Part shown: positions 18,956 to 27,210 of the stretch, in pieces
How positions within the stretch are numbered: the stretch's first letter is position 1
Layout: the number at the start of each line of letters is the position of its first letter
NCBI GenBank assembly: GCA_027451565.1
Contig: DAIDJC010000001.1
Span: 1-46,126, forward strand
From: Limisphaerales bacterium
Lineage (GTDB): Bacteria; Verrucomicrobiota; Verrucomicrobiia; Limisphaerales; UBA11358
Length of the DNA: 46,126 nt
Reading direction: 5' to 3'
Notes under the pieces: generated by a model
Databases searched by the model: none
What the model saw: only the letters and a program-made list of their open reading frames with translations
Told to the model about the DNA's origin: nothing
Made by a program: the position numbers and the translations under genes

Positions 18956-19654
18956 ATGATTATTGCGCCTTCCTTGCTTGCAGCCGACCACGCCTCCTTT
19001 GGAAAAGCTGCCTCCCGAGCGGCTCGTGCCAAGGCTGATTGGTTGCATCTCGACATCATGGACGGCCATTTTGTTCCCAATATTTCCTTTGGCCCGCAGG
19101 TGGTGAAAGCCATCCGTCCTTTTGCTCCCAATCTGTTTTTTGATGTTCATCTCATGTGTTCGCGCGCGGAAATCCTTTTGGAACCTTTTGCCAAGGCGGG
19201 CGCGGACCAGATCATCATCCATGTTGAACTTGGCCAGAAAGTGGAATCTCTCATCTGGAAAATCAAACAACTTGGCAAAAAAGTGGGCCTGGCTGTCAAT
19301 CCTCCCACACCCGTCTCTCTCCTCCAGCCGTTTTTGGACAAAATTGACCTCGTCCTCGTTATGACAGTGAACCCTGGTTTTGGCGGCCAGGAATTCATCC
19401 ATGAAACCTTGCCCAAAATCCAACAGGTTGCTGATTGGCGGGCTGAAAATAAATTTAACTATCGCATTAGTGTGGATGGAGGAATCAACCTTCAAACAGC
19501 AGTGGAATGCGCACGCGCAGGTTCGGATACATTCGTTGCAGGCACCAGCTTGTTTGGCCAGCGCAACCTTAAATCTGCCATCGCGAAACTCAAAATGCAT
19601 GTTTCTCAATCAAGACCAGCCTCCATTTCGCCTCCAGAAACGATCTCCAAATAA
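18956..19654 (+). CDS. rpe: Ribulose-phosphate 3-epimerase
   Basis: MIIAPSLLAADHASF...WLHLDIMDGHFVPNISFGP...DVHLM...VMTVNPGFGGQEFI...VDGGI matches Rpe throughout. Confidence 0.93.
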   Translation: MIIAPSLLAADHASFGKAASRAARAKADWLHLDIMDGHFVPNISFGPQVVKAIRPFAPNLFFDVHLMCSRAEILLEPFAKAGADQIIIHVELGQKVESLIWKIKQLGKKVGLAVNPPTPVSLLQPFLDKIDLVLVMTVNPGFGGQEFIHETLPKIQQVADWRAENKFNYRISVDGGINLQTAVECARAGSDTFVAGTSLFGQRNLKSAIAKLKMHVSQSRPASISPPETISK

Positions 19655-19760
19655 AAACCTTTCATGTTGGTGTGTCCTGAAAATGGACGCCCTCGTTCAT
19701 TTCTGGCGTTAAGCTGGGCAGGGCATTCTCTTGCTCCGTCGTCTGATCTCACCACTCATC

Positions 19761-19789
19761 TTGACCAATAAATTGTTTTGTGTTAGAGT
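19761..19789 (+). promoter_or_regulatory. Near-consensus sigma-70 promoter TTGACC-17 nt-TAGAGT
   Basis: TTGACCaataaattgttttgtgtTAGAGT lies inside a T/G-rich, low-GC gap. If used, it gives a leader of about 300 nt before the PEP-CTERM gene. Confidence 0.3.
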
Positions 19790-20093
19790 TTATTTAGTTA
19801 TCATCAGGTTTTTACCGTTTGATTGGCTTGGAATCGGGTTTTGTACTGGATTATTCTGGCAAACACCTGCATTTCCGCGGCCCTTATAATGCACCACTGA
19901 ATGGTAATGAGTGAAGCGGTCCGGGTTTTGGTTTGCGATTCCTGAAGTCACAAACTGTTTTGGTTCTGCTGTTTTTGATTTTTTTTGTGTGGTTAAAAAT
20001 GGCTGGTCAAATTTCTGTTATTTTGGTCACTGCGGTTAAGGTGTTTGGTCTATTTTGTGCTGTTGGCTGATTCAAGGTTTTAAACCTTAATAT

Positions 20094-20828
20094 ATGGCAA
20101 AATCTGGATATTCATACAATTGGGTGGTGATCATTTTCATGGCTTTCGTCATCCCTGCCCGCGCTGCGCTGGATTACGAGTACGATTTTATTTCCTCCCA
20201 AGCGGGTATCACCGGCAAAATCTTTTTGGATGCGTCTTCTTCCTCCAGTGGTACGGTTGCGGATATCGGGGCTGGATCCTACCTGAGTTTCAATTTATAC
20301 AACGGCTTAATTCCTCCGGTCACCTTCAACTTGAGCGGTTTGAATACCTCATTGGACCCTAATTTTGCTTTCACTTGGAACTCTTCAGAAATCCTCTCCC
20401 CATTGGATTTTTCAGTGGGCCGGGGTATGAATGATGTTCTTTTGAGCCGCCAGTCCCTAACCCCTGAAAATTCTTTCATGTCTCCCCTGGGGCCTGAATT
20501 TGATACCGTTGTTTACGATTCCGTTTATGTGGCCAACGGTCTGAACGTGCTGACTGGCCAGAGTCTCGCCTCCAGCATGGTCTCGCTCATTGCTTCCGAG
20601 TCCACCATCAACGTCAATGGCGCTGGAGTAGTTTACAATATCCCTTTTTACTCGGGAACGGATGGTGAATGGGTTGCGGTGGCTGTTCCGGAACCGGGTT
20701 CGTGGTCCATTTTTAATGCCATTGCAGCCTTGTTTGCCGTCCTCATCCTCGGAATTGTTCGGAAAAACACACCCATGCACAACGTTGCCGTTGCTGTGGT
20801 GCGTCGTTTCAAGAATAAGCGCCGTTGA
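20094..20828 (+). CDS. Secreted hypothetical protein with C-terminal PEP-CTERM sorting signal
   Basis: N-terminal signal peptide (VVIIFMAFVIPARA). C-terminus AVPEPGSWSIFNAIAALFAVLILGIVRKN gives a PEP motif, a TM helix and a basic tail. Confidence 0.75.
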   Translation: MAKSGYSYNWVVIIFMAFVIPARAALDYEYDFISSQAGITGKIFLDASSSSSGTVADIGAGSYLSFNLYNGLIPPVTFNLSGLNTSLDPNFAFTWNSSEILSPLDFSVGRGMNDVLLSRQSLTPENSFMSPLGPEFDTVVYDSVYVANGLNVLTGQSLASSMVSLIASESTINVNGAGVVYNIPFYSGTDGEWVAVAVPEPGSWSIFNAIAALFAVLILGIVRKNTPMHNVAVAVVRRFKNKRR

Positions 20829-20990
20829 AGCGCCCAGTGGCCGATTGTTTGGTATTGGTTGAGGTTGACCCCGATTTCAAGACCCGTGAAGGCTGCTTGA
20901 TGCTTTAACTCACTCTTAACCGTGCCTTCGAAGTTGGATTCTTCTCAAAACTCGCTTGCCTGTTACAATTAAGAACTGGAGTATTGGGCC

Positions 20991-21551
20991 GTGCTGGAAA
21001 ACCCATTGGTGAAATCCTCAGAGGACAAAGCTCGCCACGCCAAAAGCCTGTGTGAATTGGGACGATGGCGTGAAGTCCTTGATTTTGCCTTATGCTGGCA
21101 GAAGGCCGATCCCGAGGAACATCGCGCCGCATTTTATGCCGGCTTGGGCTATGCGGGAACGGGTCAATTTGCCCATGCCGAAAAAGCCTATCGGAACGCG
21201 TTGCAATTGAATGCCAGGGACATCAAGGCGTGGAACAACTTGGGCGGTCTTTTGTTCGAGCACCTTCGCAGGCCTCTCGATGGCATTCATTGCCTGGAGG
21301 AGGCTCTCAAGCTCAACCCGGACAACAAGCTGGGTTGGTTGAATCTGTCCGGCATGGCATTGAAATTGGGCATGCCAGAACGCGCTCTGGATCATGCCCA
21401 GAAGGCTCTCAGCCTGGATCCTCGCCTCATTGAAGCACTTCTTTGCAAGGCTGCTGCAGCCAAAGCTCTAAGGAGACCTGACTTGATTCAGCAGGTTTGC
21501 GAATCGCTTTCCAAAATTGGTCCCGAGGATTACAAACCCGCTCGCCGTTAG
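20991..21551 (+). CDS. Tetratricopeptide-repeat protein
   Basis: 186 aa with a GTG start. Repeated A-x3-Y/F-x2-A-L-x2-N/D-P TPR pattern (AEKAYRNALQLNARD, LEEALKLNPDN, AQKALSLDPR). Confidence 0.75.
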   Translation: MLENPLVKSSEDKARHAKSLCELGRWREVLDFALCWQKADPEEHRAAFYAGLGYAGTGQFAHAEKAYRNALQLNARDIKAWNNLGGLLFEHLRRPLDGIHCLEEALKLNPDNKLGWLNLSGMALKLGMPERALDHAQKALSLDPRLIEALLCKAAAAKALRRPDLIQQVCESLSKIGPEDYKPARR

Positions 21552-21810
21552 GGCCTGCTTGATAATTCGGAAGGATGCTGTCTTCGTGCCCAAGCCAGTC
21601 TGGCCAGGCGCGACGAGCGAGCATACCCCCCGCGGGTCTGCGACCGGGGAGCAACAACGCCAGACCGGCTTGGATGCGTAAACCTTACGGGCGAAGGCAC
21701 TTTTGCCCTTGGGCTTTGTTGTCGCCGTCCTTACAGCCCGCCACGGGGATGCTCCGACATCTCCGCCTCGCCCAAGGCCAAAATCCCCAGTCGCAGAACC
21801 CTTCCCCTGC

Positions 21811-21841
21811 CCTCCCCATCAATGGGGATTGATGGAGAGGG
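21811..21841. repeat. GC-rich palindromic hairpin element (about 13-bp stem, GGGG loop)
   Basis: CCTCCCCATCAAT-GGGG-ATTGATGGAGAGG(G) has one mismatch in the stem and no flanking T-run. It sits in a 430-bp gap that has no credible ORF. Confidence 0.5.
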
Positions 21842-21983
21842 AGAAAAAGGCGGCGGGGTTGCGGAGGTTTTTGAAATTTCAAACGCTGGGGGAGACTTGC
21901 TCAAAAACAGAGATGCGCCCATGCTTATGAAGGCCCGGTTTACCGCGTGCAAATTTTCCTGAAATATCCTACCTTTTCAAAAC

Positions 21984-22412
21984 ATGATTCGACTGCTTCT
22001 CATACTGCTTGCCGGGCTGGCTTGCGAATCGGCGGGCGTCATTCTTTTGAAGAAAGGAATGATGCACATCAGCCCGCTTCAGGGGTACAGCCTGGGGGAA
22101 ATTCTGAGGCTGGCCCGGTCCGGGGTGTCGAATCCGCAAATCCTGCTGGGGGTATTTTTTGAAGCTTTGTTTTTTGGCTGTCTCCTTCTACTGATGTCCC
22201 GCAGCGACATCAGTTTTCTTTGGCCATTAACCGCACTGAGTTTTGTCTTTGCCACCCTGGCGGCAATGCTTTTCCTGGGGGAGACCGTTTCGTGGGTGCG
22301 CTGGCTGGGCGTGGGATTTATCATGATTGGAGCGGCTTGCATCACCTATAGCGAGCATCTCAAGGAGAGGCCCGCCCCGCCCCCGGCGCGGGCGCAGGAT
22401 GCCCCGCAATGA
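21984..22412 (+). CDS. Small DMT-superfamily (EamA/SMR-like) membrane protein
   Basis: 142 aa with four hydrophobic helices. The C-terminal segment LGETVSWVRWLGVGFIMIGAACI is typical of half-size EamA domains. Confidence 0.65.
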   Translation: MIRLLLILLAGLACESAGVILLKKGMMHISPLQGYSLGEILRLARSGVSNPQILLGVFFEALFFGCLLLLMSRSDISFLWPLTALSFVFATLAAMLFLGETVSWVRWLGVGFIMIGAACITYSEHLKERPAPPPARAQDAPQ

Positions 22413-23082
22413 CCGATTCCAGCACCAGGGCCAATTGGCCCGCTGCGTGGTTGGTTTTCTTTCGAAGTGCCAGCAGCTCGGGTATTTTCCATGGCGCCTT
22501 TCCCACTGCCAACAACAACCGGCCAAAGTCCAGATTCTTGTCCGGCTTGGATAACGCGTTAAAATCCAAGGGTAAATCCTCCCCAGCCGTGTCCGATATC
22601 ACCCGCACTGTGGCGCAGGGAATGTCTGCATCACGGCACATGGCCTGAATGGCGGCTGATTCCATTTCCACCGCGTCGGCCTGTGTTTTCAAATATGCTT
22701 CCCGCTTCTCGGCAGCCGAGACCAAAACGCGGTCGGAGCACAGAAAGGTGCCTGGGCAAGCCCCTGAAGCCTTCAAGGACTGTGCCAAGGCCGGGTCGGC
22801 TGTTTCAAAAAGCACCTCGCCCGGTTTCAACTCCGGATGGAGTCCGCCAGCGAAACCGCACGTTAAAACCCGGGCTGGACAGACTTCCGCACGCGGACGG
22901 GCCTCCAGCCATTGTTTGAAAAGTCGCCGGGCATTTTCCTTGCCGATGCCGGTGACAAGACAATGAATGCGGTTCGTTTCTTGAACGAGCCTGCGAAAAG
23001 GGGCGGCCTCCTCAGGCAAGGCAAAGCAGACCAGGGTTGCCCCGTCCACCATCCGCTGCGGTTCCATGGCAGGCTCTCTCAT
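22360..23082 (-). CDS. Nucleoside phosphorylase-I superfamily protein (MTA/SAH nucleosidase-, MqnB- or HpnG-like)
   Basis: Motifs GIGKENA, LTCGFAGGL, AVEMESAAIQ and VRVISD are as in PNP_UDP_1 nucleosidases. A C-terminal helical tail (DLPLDFNAL...PELLALRKK) follows. The subfamily cannot be assigned by eye. Confidence 0.7.
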   Translation of the reverse strand: MREPAMEPQRMVDGATLVCFALPEEAAPFRRLVQETNRIHCLVTGIGKENARRLFKQWLEARPRAEVCPARVLTCGFAGGLHPELKPGEVLFETADPALAQSLKASGACPGTFLCSDRVLVSAAEKREAYLKTQADAVEMESAAIQAMCRDADIPCATVRVISDTAGEDLPLDFNALSKPDKNLDFGRLLLAVGKAPWKIPELLALRKKTNHAAGQLALVLESVIAGHPAPAPGAGRASP

Positions 23083-23798
23083 TTGATACCCGAGAGTCTC
23101 TCCTTCCAGATTTGGAACAATTGCAGGGTTGCACGCACGTCGCGCAGACAGTATTCCGCAATGTCCCGAAACCGTCCCTCTTCCATGAGCGTTGCCACAT
23201 CCATCCCGGTCACCCCATGGCTTTTGGGTGATTCTATTCCAAAAGTTTTACAATAGAAATCCAGGTTGAATTTCCGGGCTGCGCCGTCCCGTCCGCTGAC
23301 GTTGTAAAAAGTGAGTTGTTCGGCGAGATCGCAATGAGGCTCGGTGGCGTAGCGGTAGCCCAGCCAGTTTTTCCGGCTGATGGACACGTTCAATATGGCC
23401 GACCGCAGGTAAATGAATGGCACATCAAAGCCCCGCCCGTTGAAGGTGACAATGTGGTCGTAATGCCGGGCCACTTCCCAAAAAGCAGCAAGTAATTCCC
23501 CCTCGTCAGCAAAAGGCACGAATTGAACCGGGCCCGCGCCCTCGTCTCCCTCTTCAAAATCCTCGGCCAGAAACAGGGTCTGGCCGCGCTGGGTTTCCGC
23601 GTTCAGCATGGCAATGCAAACCACCTGGGAAGTGGGCGGCCACAGGCTCATGCCACGCGCCAGTTCCGCCCGCCGCGCCTCCCGCGCCACGGGATCCTCC
23701 AGCTTCTCAGCTTCCCGGAATAAATATTCCTGTTGCGCCTCGTCAAAGGCATCCAGCTTCAGGGCCGTCGTCTCAATGTCAAATACCAGTGTTGCCAT
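23079..23798 (-). CDS. DEDDy 3'-5' exonuclease, PolB-exonuclease-like (RNase H fold)
   Basis: Exo I LVFDIETT, Exo II VTFNGRGFDVPF, Exo III YCLRDVRAT. ATGA overlap with the downstream nucleosidase-like gene. Confidence 0.75.
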   Translation of the reverse strand: MATLVFDIETTALKLDAFDEAQQEYLFREAEKLEDPVAREARRAELARGMSLWPPTSQVVCIAMLNAETQRGQTLFLAEDFEEGDEGAGPVQFVPFADEGELLAAFWEVARHYDHIVTFNGRGFDVPFIYLRSAILNVSISRKNWLGYRYATEPHCDLAEQLTFYNVSGRDGAARKFNLDFYCKTFGIESPKSHGVTGMDVATLMEEGRFRDIAEYCLRDVRATLQLFQIWKERLSGIK

Positions 23799-23860
23799 TT
23801 AAGTGAAATTCAAAAGTGCATCGTCCCGGGCTGATCCCGGGTGAATGGTGAAAAGACACA

Positions 23861-25618
23861 TTACACAGGTTCGGCTATCAAATCATAGTCCGTGTGATCC
23901 ACGACCCGGACGGCGGCAAATTCACCAGCGTTAAGTCGTCCCCGAACATAAACTCTTCCATCAATATCCGGGGCATCCGCCTCGCCACGGCCCACGGAAA
24001 GAGGTTGCCGGCCTTGGACCAATGGATGCTTTTCGCCGCCCCTCACCAATCCATGCTCCCATGAATCAACCCGGGCAGTTTGAAAATCCTTGCCGCTGGC
24101 TTCGCCCTCGACCAGCACCCGAAGTGTGCTTCCCACCTGCCTTGAGGACAATTCACAGGCAATGGCATGCTGCACTGCCATGGCCTTTTCGCGCCGCCGC
24201 TGTTTCACCTTGTCCGGGACCTGGCCTTCCATGCCCCCGGCTCGGGTGCCTTCCTCCTTGGAATAGGCAAAAACCCCCAGACGCTCAAACCGGGTTGTCC
24301 GGATGAATTCGCACAGTGATTCAAACCTTTCCTCGGTTTCCCCAGGGAATCCCACAATGAACGTGGTCCGCAAGGCGATCCCGGGAATGCCGGCCCGGAT
24401 TTTGCCAATCAAATCCTCAATGTACTGCCGGGAAGTTTCCCGACGCATCCGCTCCAGCATGTGCTCATGGATATGCTGCAGTGGCATGTCCACGTATTTC
24501 GCCACCTTTGGGCATTCGCCCATGGTTTGAATGAGTTCATCCGTCCAGTGCGCCGGGTGCGTGTAGAGGAGTCGCACCCAAAAATCGCCGGGGATGGCAT
24601 TCAATTCCCGCAACAGCGTGCAGATGCTGGCATCGTTCCCGGAGAGTGTCCGGCTGGCTGCCGCAAATTTTTCCGGCGAAGAAATGGCCCTGCTGGCCTT
24701 GGGCCGCAAATCCAGCCCGTAATAGGTGGAATCCTGGGAGATGAGGTTGATTTCCCGCACGCCATCCGAGATCAATGCCCGCGCCTCGGCCACGATATCT
24801 GATTGCGCCCTGCTGCGGTGGGAACCGCGCATGCGCGGGATGATGCAGAAACTGCATGGATGATTGCAGCCCTCGGCGATTTTAAGGTAGGCAAAATGCC
24901 GGGGTGTCAGCCGCAGCCGCGGCGTCGCGAAATCGGGGATATACGAAGGCCGGTGAGTAACATCCACCATGGGAACTGGCGCATGGGATGCCATCGCCAC
25001 CACTTTGCGGGTTTTTCCTGGCCGCCCGGTTTCGGAGGGAGATTCATGGGCTCCATGGCGCTCATGGTTCTTTTCCGGGACCTTTTTTTCCAGCTCTGCG
25101 AGTTGGGCGGAAAGGTTTTTCCCGGCCTTACCCCCTTTTCTCGGGGTTGGGCCTGTGCCACCGTGCCGGGCGCGGTTGGCCACAGCCTTTGCCACGATGC
25201 CGCCCACCTGACTCACTTGATCCACCCCCATGAACGCATCCACTTCAGGCAAAAGTTTGGGTAATTCCTCCCGAAATCGTTGGGAAAGACACCCGGAAAC
25301 CACCACCGCCTGCCCGCGCCTGTTTGCATCCCGCAGCTCAACCGACTCCAGGATGGTGTCCACGCTCTCTTCCTGGGCCGAATCAATAAATGAACAGGTA
25401 TTCACAATCACCGCATCCGCCTCGGCTGGGTCATTGGTGATTTCCAAGCCTTCCTTGATCAGGGTGCCCAACATGATCTCCGCATCCACCAGGTTCTTGG
25501 CGCATCCCAGCGATATCAGGCCCACGCGCAGCGGCTTTTTTTCTTTGATGCTGACTTTGCTCACAATCACCCATCCTACCGCAAACCTGGCGGCATGGCA
25601 ATGCACCGGAAATCCCAT
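23861..25618 (-). CDS. rimO: Ribosomal protein S12 methylthiotransferase RimO-like radical SAM enzyme (unusually long)
   Basis: N-terminal MTTase domain: VGLISLGCAKNLVDAEIMLGTL...IVNTCSFI...VVVSGC. Radical SAM cluster: YLKIAEGCNHPCSFCIIP. C-terminal TRAM-like domain. 585 aa versus about 440 aa for typical RimO. The exact start is uncertain. Confidence 0.82.
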   Translation of the reverse strand: MGFPVHCHAARFAVGWVIVSKVSIKEKKPLRVGLISLGCAKNLVDAEIMLGTLIKEGLEITNDPAEADAVIVNTCSFIDSAQEESVDTILESVELRDANRRGQAVVVSGCLSQRFREELPKLLPEVDAFMGVDQVSQVGGIVAKAVANRARHGGTGPTPRKGGKAGKNLSAQLAELEKKVPEKNHERHGAHESPSETGRPGKTRKVVAMASHAPVPMVDVTHRPSYIPDFATPRLRLTPRHFAYLKIAEGCNHPCSFCIIPRMRGSHRSRAQSDIVAEARALISDGVREINLISQDSTYYGLDLRPKASRAISSPEKFAAASRTLSGNDASICTLLRELNAIPGDFWVRLLYTHPAHWTDELIQTMGECPKVAKYVDMPLQHIHEHMLERMRRETSRQYIEDLIGKIRAGIPGIALRTTFIVGFPGETEERFESLCEFIRTTRFERLGVFAYSKEEGTRAGGMEGQVPDKVKQRRREKAMAVQHAIACELSSRQVGSTLRVLVEGEASGKDFQTARVDSWEHGLVRGGEKHPLVQGRQPLSVGRGEADAPDIDGRVYVRGRLNAGEFAAVRVVDHTDYDLIAEPV

Positions 25619-25952
25619 TTCAGCACAAATCCCGACAGTTTTTGGAATAAGTCTTTGACGTTAATCCCATCAAAACAATTTACGGCTTCATTTTGGCCAC
25701 TGCCGGTACCATAAGCAAAGTCTGGTGAATAACGGCAATTTAAGGGATTTAATAGGAATCCGCCTTTTTTGATCCCCAGTCCATGGTTTTAAACACAACT
25801 GAATTGAAGAGATCATCCCATCATCCCGGCGTGGGGGCGGGCCTGGCAGGTCGGTGAAATGCAATTTTGGGATGGCTCCCGTAATCTTGCCGTAATCCTG
25901 CCCATTTGAAATATGGTGAGACTGTGTTAGGATTTTGCGTGCCATGATTTGC

Positions 25953-26543
25953 ATGAAGACCAAAATGTTGGCTGTTTATTGGGGCTTGAGTTTGGGAATG
26001 GCGGCACATTCGCAGGGGATCATTTATTTTGATGGGACCAGCAACACATCACTATCGCCCACGGCCGGGTCCAAGGGCAGGGTGTTTTTGGATTCCGGAT
26101 CAGGCGCGGCGTTGGATACCAATATGGATTTAAACGTGGAACTGGCCTATGGCAAGGCACCCCAGACGGTTTCTCCATCCAATGCAGTCACCTTTCTTTT
26201 GCTGGACAGCACCAAAACATTGGGAGATGGGAGCCTGGGCGAGATTCTTTCTGCCAGGGGCGACATTGGCGCCATGGGAAACGGACAATTATTTGATCCC
26301 TCCGGTACAGCCTACCGATTTCCAGGCATGCCCATGGGGACAAAGGTCTGGTTTAAAATTTATGCGTGGACGGGAAATTACCCCAGCTACGCTGCCGCAA
26401 GGGCTTCCACCAACGCCTTGGTGGGAGCCACCGGTGTTTTTTCCGAATATCTGGTTTCCCCAACCTGGTACCCCAACAACATTCAGGACATGCCCGCGCT
26501 GATCCTTTCTCATTCCACCCAACAGGCCCCAGTCAAACCCTGA
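25953..26543 (+). CDS. Exported hypothetical protein
   Basis: Signal peptide MKTKMLAVYWGLSLGMAAHSQG. The protein-like composition continues to the stop. No recognisable domain and no PEP-CTERM tail. The track start is 25935. Confidence 0.5.
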   Translation: MKTKMLAVYWGLSLGMAAHSQGIIYFDGTSNTSLSPTAGSKGRVFLDSGSGAALDTNMDLNVELAYGKAPQTVSPSNAVTFLLLDSTKTLGDGSLGEILSARGDIGAMGNGQLFDPSGTAYRFPGMPMGTKVWFKIYAWTGNYPSYAAARASTNALVGATGVFSEYLVSPTWYPNNIQDMPALILSHSTQQAPVKP

Positions 26544-26657
26544 TTGTAAAAATGACTACCCCCATGGCACGTCAGGCCAATGGGTGTTGGGGTCGAGAAA
26601 AAAAGCACCCATCGTTATTCGCATTCAGACTTTTAAGGATTCCTTGAAAAAAAGCGA

Positions 26658-26681
26658 GGGTTGGACAGTGCATGTCCCACC
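26658..26681. repeat. 24-nt motif GGGTTGGACAGTGCATGTCCCACC, copy B
   Basis: 23/24 identical to 7747-7770. Here the inverted repeat GGACA-GTGCA-TGTCC is perfect. The embedded ATG at 26672 opens a 38-codon ORF beginning MSHL. Confidence 0.8.
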
Positions 26682-27210
26682 TCAAGATGCATGATTGGGG
26701 GTATGAAAACGAAAAATCGGATCAATTGGATGCCTTTCAGGCAAGTGAAAAAAAATGGGCATATCATTCAGCGGTTTGGAATGGCTGAGCTTTTTAAAAG
26801 CGAAAGAGGAAGCCACGAATTAGTGGGAGGAACAAGGGAGGATAGGGCAGCAGCGCAGGACTGGGCTTCCTTGGTGGCCCACGAAGTGGTTTTCAGCCAT
26901 CCGGGGCTGGGGGCTGATAAGCTTCGTGGCACGGGTAAACCGGTTGGGGAACGAATCACACTGCTTTTTCACACGACGCAATCTGGCCGATGAGGAGAGA
27001 AGCCACATTCCTTGGCTGATTTGGAATAAAAACAGTGACTCGACCGAGGGGATGGTGTTTTCTGGTGCCATGCAGGCGGCAGGACTGAGTACCTTTTGGC
27101 CGTGGACGAGGCTGGGTTTCACAACGGGACACTATGCCGAGGCGGCCCTTTTGCGAAGAGTCGAAGCCCTAAAGTTCCAGACGGGAGCCGTTTGGCAGAG
27201 CCAGAAATGA
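26661..27210 (+). pseudogene. Possible frameshifted gene: frame-0 ORF 26661-26993 plus frame +1 ORF open 26824-27210
   Basis: Two overlapping open frames with protein-like composition. The second ends in an ATGA overlap with the start of the EamA gene at 27207. A T5 run at 26965-26969 lies just before the frame-0 stop. I recognise no homology. Confidence 0.3.

Noticed and set aside
26380-26900. Possible diversity-generating retroelement TR/VR pair between the 3' end of the exported-protein gene and the downstream gap (shared GGGCTTCC..TTGGTGG..CCAC words)
   Set aside because: The similarity is short and gapped. Mismatches do not follow an adenine-specific pattern. No reverse transcriptase gene is present in the window.
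26901-26945. GGGGCTGATAAGCTTCGTGGCACGGG resembles the 5' end of tmRNA (GGGGCUGAUUCUGGAUUCGACGGG)
   Set aside because: I found no T-arm (GGTTCGA-type loop) and no matching 3' acceptor strand ending in CCA anywhere downstream, and no tag-peptide-like reading frame. The resemblance is limited to about 9 nt.
27096-27150. GGACGAGG and ACGGGAC upstream of the small EamA transporter resemble guanidine-III/ykkC-type riboswitch fragments
   Set aside because: The pseudoknot partner for the loop sequence is absent. The downstream gene is EamA-type rather than SMR/Gdx. The region also lies inside an open frame that ends in an ATGA coupling, so coding is the better explanation.
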